Below are positions 11,195 to 23,216 of a DNA stretch of 64,000 nt, one piece after another. Position numbers and translations under genes: made by a program. The DNA is from Caecitellus pseudoparvulus (lineage: Eukaryota; Protista; Bigyra: Bicosoecida). The notes under the pieces are model-generated. The model did not search any database. It saw only the letters and a list, made by a program, of their open reading frames with translations, and was not told where the DNA came from. The first letter of the stretch is position 1; each line of letters begins with the position of its first letter. The stretch spans positions 62,001-126,000 of the forward strand of contig CBFFRQ010000079.1 in NCBI GenBank assembly GCA_965644315.1. Reading direction: 5' to 3'.

Positions 11195-12897
11195 ATGGCT
11201 GCGTCGGCGGCGCCTGCTGTGGGTGCTGCGGGCCAGCGCCTAGTGTACATATACTCCGAGCCGCACCACCGCATACTTGGGCTCCTCAAACCCAACAAGC
11301 AGCGGGACCAGGCCCTGTACCGACTCCTGCAAGTGCGTGGAGAGCGCATGCGAAACTCCCTCGAAACGCCGGCACGAGCTCAAAACCACGTCTTGCTCAG
11401 GTGTGCGGCCTGCTCCCTCACATCTCCATCCAGGCCCCGGCACCTGCATCCATGGAACAGCTTCTGGAGTTCCATGACGCCCAGTACCTTTCTGCCCTGC
11501 AGGTGGCAGGCACTGGAGGTGCCAGCACGGTGAGTGCCAGCAGCATTTGAGCGAGCTGCCACGCCGTGCGCCCTGACGTAGCCAGGCACTCGCCGTCCAC
11601 CGCTGCACAGGATGCCGAAAGCAGTGCATCCTTTGGACTGTGCGATGACTGTCCGCCCTGGAAGGGCCTGTGGGACTACTGCCGGGTGGTGGCAGGCGGC
11701 ACCCTCAGCGCGGTTCGTGCGTTGCAGTCTGGCGCCCAGTGCGCAGTGCACTTTGGAGGCGGGCGGCACCACGCCGGCCGCGCGAGTGCGTCAGGCTTTT
11801 GCTATGTCAACGACGTGGTGCTGGGTGCCATGGCCCTGCGCCACCACTTTGGCGGCGTGTTGGTGGTGGACATTGACGTGCACCACGGTGACGGGACAGA
11901 AGCCGCCTTCCACGGCGACCCCTCCATCGCCACCCTCAGCCTGCACCGCCACGGCCCGGGATTCTTCCCTGCCACAGGTGGCGCCGACACCAGCGACGCT
12001 TCAGCAGGGGTGTTCAACGTGCCGTACAACGGCGGCATCTCTGACGCAGCCTTCCAGCGCCTGTTCGATGCTGCCCTGCACAGTGTGTGGGCCGCCACTC
12101 GCCCAGCTGCGGTGGTGCTGGTGGCAGGCGTGGATGCCTTGGCCCGGGACCCCTCCCAGGGCGGCAACCTGTCCTCTGCAGCGTTCGTACACGTCATGAC
12201 TGTGCTGCGGGAGAAGTGCCAACCACCCACCCCCACCGCCGCCCCGTCCAAGCCCAAGGCACGCCCCCCCCCCACTTTCGCCTCCACAGCACCTGCCCCG
12301 GCGCCAGCCAAGATGCCGGCACCAGCCTTCACCGCGCCTGCTCCGATGCCTGTGTCCGGCTTGAAGCCCGTCGCCAGCTCGGGCGGTATCCCGCTGTTGG
12401 TGCTGGGAGGAGGGGGGTATGCACCTGGGGCGTCAGCCCTGACCATGGCAAGCATGGTGGCCAGTTGGGTGGGGCAGAGCCTGCCGCCTCGTGTGCCAGA
12501 GCATGAATTGCAGGGGCTGTGCGTGCTGCGCTGACGCAGACACCGCGCAGCGAACTCACCCACACGCCCACCTCCCCCACCCCGCAGGTACGCTCCGACG
12601 TACAAGACCAGCGTGCAGGCCAAGGTGACTGTGGAAGACGAGAACCTGCGCCAGGGCGGGGCCTCCCTGGCGCGCACTCTGGCCCAGCTGGAGGCAGCCG
12701 TGTCTGGCTACGCAGCCCCACCCTGCAGGCCAGCAGCGGGGCCCAGTGTGCTGCTGCAAGTGCCACAGCGGGCAGGCCGAGGCGCCAAGCGCCCCTGCCC
12801 TGCTCCCAGCTCGCACACGGTGGCCACCAAGGCCGCTCGGGGCGGCGGAGTGCGCTCTCGTTTTCGGCGGCGGGCAGGCGGCTCTGCTGGCGTCTAG
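11195..12897 (+). CDS. HDAC8: Class I histone deacetylase, HDAC8-like
   Basis: FGLCDDCP, GGRHHA..SGFCYVND, DIDVHHGDG, SLH..GFFP..G, GVDAL, LGGGGY; three introns; last exon LYAPTYK..EDEN. Confidence 0.9.
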
Positions 12898-13917
12898 CGC
12901 ACGCTGCCGCCGTTGAGGGAAGCGCCGTAGCCGGCCTGTGAGAAGGAGTACACGCCTGCACTGTCATCGTACATGTCCTTGCGGGAGATGACCTGCGGCA
13001 GGCACATGAGCTCCAGCATCACCAGCACCAGCAGCAGGCAGATGAGTACCTGTGGCCGAGGGAGCGTGGGAAGGCGTGCCTTGGCAGCAGGAAGGGAGAG
13101 GGCGCCGCCCCATGGCACTCACAATGGCGGTGATGCCCAGTGCGTGCTGGGAGGCCTCCTTGGACTTGTCCAGCATGGTGTTTGCGATGCCCAGGCAAGC
13201 GGCGATGAGGCTGAAGAAGTACACCATGCTGCCCACGTGGCCGTGGTACTTGGCCACTGTGCGCTGGTCCCGCGCCTTGACGATGAACTTGTACTGCCCC
13301 ACCACTGCGTTGGCCAGGGCCAGCACCACTGCGCGGTGGGAGGGGCGAGGTGAGCAGGCTGGGGCAGCGAGCCAGGCCGTTGTCTGGTCGCACGCACAGA
13401 CAATGTACCCGATCCACACGTGGGCCTTGGCAGTGTTGCTGCTGTCTGCTGCGATCTGGGACGTCTTGAACTCGCCATGCACGGCCCATGCCTGTGGTGC
13501 CATTCGGTGAGTGTGTGGACGGCAGGCCAGACGTGCGGGAAACAGAGCTCACGCACACAGAGGAAGCCAAGAATGAGGAAGCACAGTGCCATGAACTGAA
13601 TGGTCCCATGCACTACTCGGCGGCTGGGTCGATCAGGGAAAGCGTTGTTCATCTGCGCAGACAGCAGGCAAAGGCGTGCAGGCTGGCGCAAATGCACTGC
13701 ACCAGGGTGCACCCTGCCACCCCCGCACCTGCTTGCCGAAGTCCGAGACGTAGCTGACGACGCCCAGGCTGAGCAAGAGGACCGTCCCGATGGACATGAA
13801 AATTGGATGCCATGAGAAGAACACATGCAGGCCCAGGACGTCCGACGTGCACACAGCACCGATGATGATGGCGGTTGTGGCCACTGCCAGGACACGAATA
13901 ACAGTGTCCAGAAGCAT
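12894..13917 (-). CDS. Cytochrome b561 domain protein (CYB561D-like)
   Basis: FSWHPIFMSIG and heme-type His residues in VVHGTIQ, KAHVWIG and KYHGHVG; multiple TM helices; about 4 introns. Confidence 0.85.
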
Positions 13918-14566
13918 CGTGCGAAGGGAAATGACACGATTCGCTAACCGTATGGAAGGCGTCTGCTTGCCCTGAAGCGCTGAACGAAGCGGTGAAGCTG
14001 CGTGCACACTGAGGGGCTTGCAGCGGAAATTGCTCAGCTTGCCGATCGCCTGGGCCTTGAACACCACGGAGGGAAGGCAAAGACGACGCAGGCACAGCGA
14101 AGAGCGGGATAGGGAGGGATTTTTGTTTTGGGCGTCAAAGCGACACGAGGCTCCGCCTGCAGACCCCGACTCAGCTCCAGGGGCATTGGCTGGCCGGGCA
14201 GGGCAGTGCAAGAAGTGCCTGCAGGCAGCAGCTGCACTTCCCCACTTCCACGCACTCCATGAACACGCGGAAGCTTCCAGTGCCGATGGAGGGTACAGCT
14301 AGGGAATCAACACAGTGGATTGCACTGCTGCGACTGCACGCTGGCACCCCAGCGCGCACCCCCAGCGAGCGGCAGCCCGTTTGAATGCTGGCCCACCGCG
14401 CACCATCCAGCGCAGCGAAGTGACGCTTGCTTTGCCCCTTCCAAGTGACCCCAAGCAGCACCTCCAAAGCGCCCAGCAACAACACGGCCCGAACATCGAG
14501 GTTCATACTGGTGTCCTCCACCCCCTTCCAAAGGAAAGGACACCCCTGACCTCACAAGCCGCCAGC

Positions 14567-15835
14567 ATGCGCGCTGAAGTGAAGTGCACTTGCAGGTCTG
14601 CGTTTCAATGGAAACGCAGCGCCTGCTCGCTTGCCAAGCTGGCCCTGGTCGCATTGTCTGTCCAGGGCACGCTTGCCTCGCCTGATGATGCCAGCGTGAG
14701 CCGGGGCCATGTGCCGACCGCACCAGAGGTCATCCCGCGGGTGCGCAGCCTGCAGCCGGAAGGCAAGTCCCTGCGAGACATGCTGTCTGTGCACGGCAGC
14801 GATGCCCAGCAGCGAACGTGGCGTGTATTCCTGGACGAGGCGTCAGGGCACCCGTACTACTGGGACCCTGAAGCTGACATCACTCAGTGGGAAAACCCTT
14901 TTGGGAGCGGCGCTGAGCTGGGGGGCTTCAGTTTCGACTTCGAATCTTGGAGGCTGTATGACACCTTCGACTTTGACGGCCTGTTCGACGACTTGACTGC
15001 CCTCCGACACCGCCGATCACTGCCTAGGACAGGCATGCACCTTGAATCGGTCACTCAGATTGCTGCCATCGCTGGCGTCGACTTTGACATCGCGCAGGCC
15101 CAGCTGGAAGTGCACTTGTTCAAGTTGGAGATGGAGGCATACGGCGACGAGGAGCTGCCAGGCCGCGGGGAGTGGCTACGCCCAGAGCTGCGCTGGAGCC
15201 CAGACACGGGGCTGTCAGAGCCTCCTCAAGGAGTCACTGCGGCTGAGAGGGTGCGCCTGGCTGGCGCGTGGAACGACTTGGCCAACATGTGGTATGCGCG
15301 GGGCGAGTGGGAGACCATGTTTGATTGCTGGCGAAAGAGCCTCTTCTGGAACCCGGAGCAAACCTCCTCCCTCTTGAACATGGCGAGTGTGCTGGTCCGC
15401 CTGGGCTTTGAGGATGACGCCAACATCGTCATGAATTACTACGACGACGTGGGCGGCGGCAGCCAGGGCGGCTGGTCGCCTGAGAAGGAGCAGGTCGTTC
15501 GCACCGCCATTGCGCGCGGGCTTCAAGCAGCTGCGCTCTCTGCAGATGGCCTCACCTCTGGGAACCATCTGCTCCTGCATGGCGCCCTGGATGATGCAGC
15601 CTATGTCGCGCGGCTCCAGGAAAACTCTCCGCTGGGGCACGTTCAATCGCGGCTTCTGCAGGCAGCTCAAGAGCAGGCATGGGCAGCTCGCCCCTGGTAC
15701 GAACGCATGGCAGAGCGTGTGCGTGAGGCTACCAGTGTGCGGGATGTGCTGGTTGCCGTGGGAATGCTCGCCGTTACAGTGGCTGTGGTGGTGGCTGGGC
15801 GCCGTGGCCAGCAGGCGAGGGGCCCTGACCACTGA
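14567..15835 (+). CDS. WW-domain and TPR protein with N-terminal hydrophobic segment and C-terminal TM anchor
   Basis: WW: WRVFLDEASGHPYYWDPEADITQWENP. TPR: AWNDLANMWYARGEWETMFDCWRKSLFWNPEQTSSLLNMASVL. TM: VLVAVGMLAVTVAVVVA followed by GRR. Confidence 0.75.
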   Translation: MRAEVKCTCRSAFQWKRSACSLAKLALVALSVQGTLASPDDASVSRGHVPTAPEVIPRVRSLQPEGKSLRDMLSVHGSDAQQRTWRVFLDEASGHPYYWDPEADITQWENPFGSGAELGGFSFDFESWRLYDTFDFDGLFDDLTALRHRRSLPRTGMHLESVTQIAAIAGVDFDIAQAQLEVHLFKLEMEAYGDEELPGRGEWLRPELRWSPDTGLSEPPQGVTAAERVRLAGAWNDLANMWYARGEWETMFDCWRKSLFWNPEQTSSLLNMASVLVRLGFEDDANIVMNYYDDVGGGSQGGWSPEKEQVVRTAIARGLQAAALSADGLTSGNHLLLHGALDDAAYVARLQENSPLGHVQSRLLQAAQEQAWAARPWYERMAERVREATSVRDVLVAVGMLAVTVAVVVAGRRGQQARGPDH

Positions 15836-15845
15836 CCCCCCCCCA

Positions 15846-18725
15846 TCACAGCCGCCACGTGTGAATCCAAGCCTCGAACGGAACCTTGCTCACCTCATGG
15901 GCTGGGAGTCGATAGCCGCAATCGCCGCGAGTGCCTCGCTCACCCAGCCCGTTGCTGCTTGCGTAGCCGCTGTGGCATTGACAAACGCCCGCATCCTCCA
16001 GACAAACGCCACGACTGGCGCACTCAGTCAGCTTCCCTGTGCCATCCTCTTGAGACACCTGCGATGGGGAGAAAAGGAAGGGTGGATAGGCGGCACTGCC
16101 ACTTCTGGCGCACTTCACTGACGCTGAAGGTGGTGGAGGTCAAGTCCTCAGTGTCAACTCGCAGCATCGGTAGGTCGCCTGGAGGGTCTTGAATCGTAAC
16201 TCTCACGGTTGCCGGAGAGGCGCCCGTGCAGAGAGTCGCCCCAAGAAGCTGCTCCACTGCCACTTGTGAGATGGTGGGCATGGCCTCAAGCGCTGCCTTC
16301 AGTGTGCTGGGTGCCGCGTTGAAGGGCACGGGGGCACTGTTGGCGCCTCGAAAGGAGAAGGCCACCTCTCCCCCTGAGGCCTCACAAGTCACCGTCACAT
16401 TCTCCGGTTTCAGAGAACACTCGATGCCCTTGCATCCGTGGTCCGGAATACCCTGGTGTGGGTCTGCACCTGTGGGGCACGTACGCAGCTCGCAGTTCGG
16501 TCCCTTGAACTTGCCGCGATCACCGCTGTCGCTCTCCTGGCCCTCAGCAGGGTACGCGTCACACAGGCAGCCTTGCAGCATGTCTGCATCCCACATGTCC
16601 TGGACTAGACTCGCGTCGGTGGCACGGCCGTACTGCACGAGGCTGCCTGCATCCATCACGGTGGCGGTGAAGTCAGTTGTAGCCAAGCCTCCGCTGGTCG
16701 CGCCCATTCCAGGCCCCGTGCCGAAGGAGTTCACAATGTCCACCACTTGCAGGGCAGGGAGGCTGCCGGGGGCATCCAAGAATGTCACCCTAATGCGCAC
16801 AGCCGCGGCTTCGTCACACAGAGACCCGTCAGCTGCAGAGGTGGAGACGTGAACGTGGCCAGCCGGCAGCAGGCTCTCAAGGGTGTCGCGCAGGTCCACA
16901 GCACTCCCGCTCGCAGGCACTGGCTTCGTGAGCTGGTAAAAGAACAGAAGGCTGAACGAGTTCGAGGAGCCTGGCGCTCCTGACAGCTGGCAGAAGAACT
17001 CCTGCCGTGCCGGCGTTCCGGGGCGACTGTGCTGCACTGTTCCGGCTTGAAGAATGGATGCGAGCGACAGACACTGGCCCCTGCCTGAGCAAGGCCTGAA
17101 GTCTTTCATGAGACAGCTCTTCCTCTGGCATGCGTGCCCTTCGAACCCGTGCTGGCACATGCACGTGCCTGTCTCATGATTGCAGTTGCCGCGGCCGGAA
17201 CACACCGCTGGAGCATGAGCGCTTGTAGGCCCTGTTGGGACGTCCCACCAGGCAGTGCCGACAGGGCATGCCCTGTGCGCACATGCCGGACCCTCCCAGC
17301 CGGTGCTGCAGGTGCATGTGTAGGCCGGCGGCCCACTGCAAGTACCATGGCCATTGCACGCCAGACCGCTGATGTTGGTCGGGCACGCAGGGGCACCGGA
17401 TCTGAACCCACAATCTTGCAGGGCGCCAGAAGCCCCATCGCCGTCGGACCCCGTGTAACCAGCAGTGCAGATACAACTGCCGTCCTCGTGGTGGCAGGTG
17501 CCGCGCCCGCCACACTCGACAGCAGGTGTGCCGTCCGTAGTCGTCGCCCGAGTCAGAACGTCGCCTCCGTCAGTGTCAGTCAACCCAGGGGCGATGAGGA
17601 CATCGGGTGCATCCCCTGCACTGAGTTTGAACGTCAGATCAACATGGGTCGTCGAACTGTCTGTGCAAAGGGTGAACGGCGCGGCAGGTGCCAAGCCACT
17701 GTGTGACACCGTGAAGCCTACAATGGGCAGCTGCAGCTGGTCTCGCAGCTGGGCCTGCAGGGACTGTGACGGTCCTTGGCCAAGGGCGTGGCCCCCGCTG
17801 AAGTCCTCCATGGCTTCGAACAGGACTGTGGTGGGAAAGAGTGCCTCGGTGCTGCGCCCACCCCATGAAATCTGCGTTTGACCTGCACATGCCCCATCAC
17901 ACTGGCACGTCAACCGCTGCACCTCGCGCACCGCCGCCCCTGCAGCGATGACTTCAGGGTCCACCGTCCTGGGGCAGGAAAAGCGGGAGCAGTCGAAGCC
18001 CAGAGCTCCATCCGGGCAATCACACCCCAGCACCATGTCATGGTCCCAGCGCGTGTTGTAGTGCACTTCAGGCGAAGCCCTCAGGGCGGCCTGCCGCAGG
18101 TCAATGCAATCTCCCCGGCCGCTACACGTCGCCCCTCTACTGGCAGGACATGACACTGCGCAGGGCATTGAATGCTGCTGATTGAGACCGACAAGTTGGG
18201 GTGACCCGGACAAGGAGCGTGCTCACAGTATTGGCAGGCGGGCCCATGGAAGCCCTCTGTGCACTTGCACCGTCCCGTGAGGCGATCACACGTCCCCTGC
18301 GAATGCAGCACAACTCTTGTCGTGAGTGCTTATCGTGCAGGGCGCAGTGGCAGCGACGCACTGCTCCAGCACACTCTTCCTCCACCGTGTGAAAAGCTGC
18401 CATGTCCTCCTCAGTTGTGGCAGTGGACACGCCGAACCACCGCTTGGCCTTTGGGCAGCTTCCTGCGAGAGGGCAGCCACGGGGGGATTGCGTGTTGTGA
18501 CAGGCACAGGCCCTTCAGTTCGTCCTCCGTACGTTGCGTGCAGCCGGGTCCCTCGAAACCATCGAAGCACTGGCACTGCCGCGTGGGCTTCATGTTGCAG
18601 ACTCCCCGCTGGCTGCAGTCGTTCACGCAAAACGTCTCATGTGTGTAGTATCGGTGACGGGCAGCCTCTGCAGTCCAGGCCAAGAGCAGAGCTACACTTG
18701 GGAGTGTGTAAATGCCACGCCGCAT
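15846..18725 (-). CDS. Secreted EGF/tenascin-like cysteine-rich protein (SIG1/mastigoneme-like repeats)
   Basis: Signal peptide MRRGIYTLPSVALLLAWTAEA; repeated CSGRGxC..C.C..G..G..C units; two WDxDM..GCxC..C...CP..DP modules; about 4 introns. Confidence 0.85.
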
Positions 18726-19059
18726 CGTGCGTTTCGGCGCCACCTCTGCGAAACTCCCACTGCCGCGCTGCCGTCCTGCTCACCCTGAGGCAGCGAAAAC
18801 CAAAGGCTGGCCTGCTCTTGAGCACAGGGGCTGTCTGTGCCACTTGGACTTGTGGCCTGCTCTGCGGTGCTCTGTGCAGCCTTGTGGAGCTGGGCAACAC
18901 TTGCTCGTGCAAGCTCTACCTGGCGCTGGATCCCGTTGACTTGGCACAGTGTGGCGGTGATGGACAAACCAACGAGCAAGAAAATGCGGTGGGCAAACGT
19001 GGGCTTAGATGCGAGCGCGAGTATTGGTACTTTTGCTGACGCAGACTCGCAGTTCCGTC

Positions 19060-20019
19060 ATGGCAGCACAAAGTGCGGCAGACGCCACTTTGCAGGGTGG
19101 TGCCGGTGCGGAAATTGTGTCACCTTCCTCCACCCACGGAACTCGAAGCACACTGACATTGGGGAGTATTGTCGACGCATCAGGAGGAGGGCTGGTCATA
19201 CGTGCAGGTGCGGACCAGGTCCAGCGTGCCAATACAGCGTTGCAAGAGCTGCAGGACTGTGCTGGGGACTTGCCGCCAACAGAGCTGGCTGGCCTGCTCT
19301 GTAGCCTGGTTGGCACCCGGGAGGCCCCGCAGTCCAGTCCCGACTGTGGGGATGCCTTGCACTGTTCCACTACTTCCAAGGGGTGGCTGCGCAGAGGCCT
19401 TCAGTGCGCCGTCGCAGCTGCTCATGTCGCTGCCGGCGCTGCACGTGAGGAGCAGGAGCACCCATGGCACAGCATCCTGAGCCGCTACGACCTGCGCGTC
19501 GCCACAGCACACGACATGGAAGGTGTACTGTGCCTCGTCCAGGAGCTAGCAGAGTTCGAGCGTGAGCCGGAGGCTGTCAAGGTGAGCAGGGAAGTGCTGC
19601 AGCGGGACGGCTTCCCCGAAGACACCGACCCGCTCTTCTACGTGTGCCTGCTCCACCAGCCCGGGGAGGCAGTGCCTGCAGGCATGGCTTTCCTGTACGT
19701 GAACTACTCCACCTGGACGGGCAAGTGCATGTACCTGGAGGACCTGTACATCCGGCCCGCCCATCGACGGGGAGGGCTGGGCACCTTCCTCATCGACGTT
19801 CTTGCCACTGCCGCCTCCGTCACCGGCTGTGCCCGCCTGTCTTGGCAAGTGTTGGACTGGAACACGCCGGCAGTGGCGTGCTATGATGCGCTTGGGGCGG
19901 CCAACGAGAAGGAGTGGCTGAACTACCGACTGCACGCCGACGGCATCGAGAAGCGGGCACAGGCCGGCCTCAGAGGCGAGAAAATCCCCCATGCCTCGCC
20001 TGCCCCAGTGCGAAAGTGA
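19060..20019 (+). CDS. GNAT diamine/thialysine N-acetyltransferase (SAT-like) with N-terminal extension
   Basis: ELAEFERE, LQRDGF, YSTWTGKCMYLEDLYIRPAHRRGGLG, VLDWNTPA. Confidence 0.9.
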   Translation: MAAQSAADATLQGGAGAEIVSPSSTHGTRSTLTLGSIVDASGGGLVIRAGADQVQRANTALQELQDCAGDLPPTELAGLLCSLVGTREAPQSSPDCGDALHCSTTSKGWLRRGLQCAVAAAHVAAGAAREEQEHPWHSILSRYDLRVATAHDMEGVLCLVQELAEFEREPEAVKVSREVLQRDGFPEDTDPLFYVCLLHQPGEAVPAGMAFLYVNYSTWTGKCMYLEDLYIRPAHRRGGLGTFLIDVLATAASVTGCARLSWQVLDWNTPAVACYDALGAANEKEWLNYRLHADGIEKRAQAGLRGEKIPHASPAPVRK

Positions 20020-20275
20020 CACCGCCTGGCTCGTCCTTGGGCTGTAGATGCAGAGCTGGCCGCAGCGTTTGGAGCTGGACAAGCGTGATCCAGCCCTGCA
20101 GCTGGGGCGGAATGATGTGTCAGTCAAATCCATACACCAGTCGCACAATGGCTTGTTTACATGGTGGTTTCGCTATTCCTCAGTGGACGACTACCAGCTC
20201 TGGCTCCCAGAAGTCCGCAGGCCTGCTGGTCTTGGTTCCAGTTTCCGCATTCCGCAAGCTGACCTTTCCAGCGAC

Positions 20276-21939
20276 ATGGCTGACACCCAGCAGCACCCTG
20301 ACGGCGTTCTTGTGACGGCGCTGGGCGAAAATGCTCCCATGCACGTCTGGGACGCAGCGAATGGCGCGCTGCTTTTTTCTTTCAAGGCCAACGCTTGCGT
20401 TCCACGAAGTGGGTGCCATGCGACACGCTCCTGAACTGTGCCGCCTGCTCACGGCCATCCCCCTCGCGCCACAGCGCTCACCTCACTCCAGTACCAAAGC
20501 ATCAAGGACCACACATCTCACAGCTACTACCTCCTTGCCGCCCAGGCCACTAGGCCTGCCGTGCGTGCCTGGACCTGGGGCAAGGAAGCTGCCACGTTCA
20601 CATCTGGCTTGGCTGAGCGCCTCGTGTCCCTCACCGCATCCCCAGACGGCGCCTTGGTCCTGGGGGGATCCGTGTCTGGCAAAGCATACCTGTGGGCGGC
20701 AGCCTCTGGCCGCCTCCTGGCCGTCTGGCAAGCCCACTACAAGCCCATCAGTGCAGCGCACTTCCTGTCCGGCAGCACCCAGCTGGTCACGGGCGGCGAG
20801 GACGCCAACGTCCACGTGTGGAACACCACAGAGTGCGTGGCGCATGCTGCAGCGCTACGCCGTCGATTCGCAGACACGCCTCCCCCCCCCCTCACAGTGT
20901 CCTCGCGTCGACGGATGCCGCCGCCGCAGCAGCCACCCCCCAAGTGTCCATGACAGGGCACAGCCTCGCCATCACCTGCATCGCCTCCATGCATGTCGCC
21001 GGCACCGCCTTGCTCCTCACCGGCGCCTCAGACCGCAGTGTCAAGGTGTGGCACGCCTCCACCGGCGCCCTGCTCACCACCCGCACCTGCGAGGCAGCCG
21101 TGACTGCCGCAGTGCTCAGCCCCGGCGCTAGCACTGCGTTCGTGGGCCTGGCCAGCGGGGACATCCTGCAGCTGCCCATCCTGCAGCTGGTCACGCAGGA
21201 CGTTCCTGCCGTGCAGGCAGCCAAGGCTGAGGGGGGCGTCGCGAGCTTGGCCCTGCCCCCATCCGGCACACCCTCGTCTGGGCTGGCAGAGGGCACGACG
21301 CTCCAGGGGCACAGCGGGGCCATCCACAGCCTGGCTCTGCATGGTGCGGGGCACGTGCTGTTCTCCGCCTCTGCCGACGGCGATGTGCGCTTCTGGGACG
21401 TGCCCAGTGGCCAGTGCATTCGCACCGTGACGCCCAACCGCGTCAGCAATGTCACGGCGTCTGCCGCTGGACCGGGCGGCGCAGGCGCTGCCATCCCCGT
21501 GACCAGCCTGCTCTGGGCACCCCAGCCACCCGGCTTCCCTTCTGGTGTGCCCGCCCGCAATGCGCCTCCGTGCACTGCCTTGGCCAAGTTCAAGCAGCCC
21601 GTGGGGACAGCCGACGCGGCGGGGGTGGAGGCGGTGGCGGAGCAGGGCGTCCTCATGCACTTCCCTGCCCCTGCAGCACCCCATGATGACTTTGGAGATG
21701 TCTTGGCTCGCGGTGAGGCTGCCTGGTGGGCGGCTGCCGGCTCAGGGGGTGGAGCTGCACCTGCCGGAGGCCCTGGTGCTGCGGCTGCTCCAGCGGCAGA
21801 CACTGCACAGCTGCAAGCCGAAGTAGCACGGCTGCAGGAGGAAGTGGCAAGGTGGCAGGCAGTGAACAACACCCTCGTGCAGCGGCTGCAGAGTGCGGAG
21901 GCGGGCGCACCCCCCAAGCGCTCACGCGGCACAGAGTAG
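20276..21939 (+). CDS. WDR18: WD40 protein WDR18/Ipi3 (rixosome subunit)
   Basis: GKAYLWAAASGRLL..W.AHYK, LVTGGEDANVHVW, HSLAIT, GASDRSVKVW, and C-terminal coiled coil LQEEVARWQAVN; two introns. Confidence 0.88.
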
Positions 21940-22078
21940 TGGAACAGATCCACTGCCCCGCCAATCCATTCCTGTGACGGTCCGCCTCACTGCTCTGCAC
22001 CGCGTAAAGCCACTGTGACTCCCTCTGCTTGATTCTGATCCTGTACTTCGGTCCTTGAGCGCTCCCTCTTCTGCTGCC

Positions 22079-23107
22079 ATGGCCCGTGCCAGGTCTATTT
22101 CGCTGCCTGTGAGCCACTCAGCGACGGCGCTCTGTGCGGCCCCTGAAGCACCGGACACGAGACGCTTCGCAGGATGTTGCCGAGGACACGACCATCTTCG
22201 TGGATGATGATGCCGCTTACAACAGCAAGCACTTCGTGATTCCTCCCCAATACGCTGTGAGAACGCCCGCCAAGCTTGGTGCGGAAATTGATTGCCCCCA
22301 CCACTCCCCCGAATCACGGACCGTGCTGCTCAGGAGTACATTGATAGCGTCATGATTCCGCATGGAATGATTGTGGACCGCATCAACAGGCTGGCCCAGT
22401 TCATCTACGACGACTACATGAAGCAGGGCAAGACGCCTCACATCCTCGGTGCGCAGCGGCACTTTCCTGTGCTCACCTGGGTCAGACTCTCACGCCGCAC
22501 TGCCTCCACCCGCCCGCAGCTGTGCTGAAAGGAGGGCATGCATTCTTCACTGGTTCGTGCCACGTGTCTCGTGGCGAGCGTGGCGCTGTGGCTGTCACTC
22601 CCCCCTGCTCGCCTGTGCGCAGACTTGATCCGGGCCATCGGGCAGCTGCAGGTGAACAGCAGCAGCCTGCGCGTGCCGTACACCTTCGACTTCATCCGCG
22701 CCAAGAGCTACGAGGGAACTGAGAGCACTGGCAAGGTGACCGTCACAGGCGTGAAGCTGGAGGAGCTGAAGGGGCGGCATGTGGTGCTGGTGGAGGACAT
22801 CATTGACACGGGCAAGACCATGTCCATCCTGGTGCCCATGATGGAGGAGCACTGCCGCAGCGTGCGCGTGGCGTCCTTGCTGAACAAGCGCAACCCCGCC
22901 GCCGTCGGCTTCAAGGCGCACTACGTTGGTTTCGACATCCCAGACAAGTTCGTCGTCGGGTACAACCTGGACTACAACGAGGCGTTCAGGGAAATGGACC
23001 ACATCTGCGTCATCAACGCCAAGGGCATCGACGCCTTCAAGGACTTCGAGGCGGCTGCCGGCACAGACGCCGACGCAGCTGCGGCCGCACAGGCGGGCGA
23101 CCAGTGA
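22079..23107 (+). CDS. HPRT: Hypoxanthine-guanine phosphoribosyltransferase
   Basis: IPHGMIVDRINRLA, VLKGGHAFFTDL, DFIRAKSY, VVLVEDIIDTGKT, GFDIPDKFVVGYNLDYNEAFR; four introns. Confidence 0.95.
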
Positions 23108-23216
23108 GGCTGCCTCACCTCCAGCATTGGCGTGGACGCGGCACATCTGCAGCGCACGCGCGAGGACTCCGCATCTTAATGACTGTGTTCGATGGGGTAA
23201 ATGCACTCAATGTGCC

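Noticed and set aside
18692-19057. Signal-peptide-like minus-strand frame upstream of the EGF gene
   Set aside because: No in-frame ATG before the upstream stop; the EGF gene has its own signal peptide at 18725
20048-20275. In-frame N-terminal extension of WDR18
   Set aside because: Overlaps the likely 3' UTR of the upstream GNAT gene (AATCCA at 20127); WDR18 similarity starts near 20276
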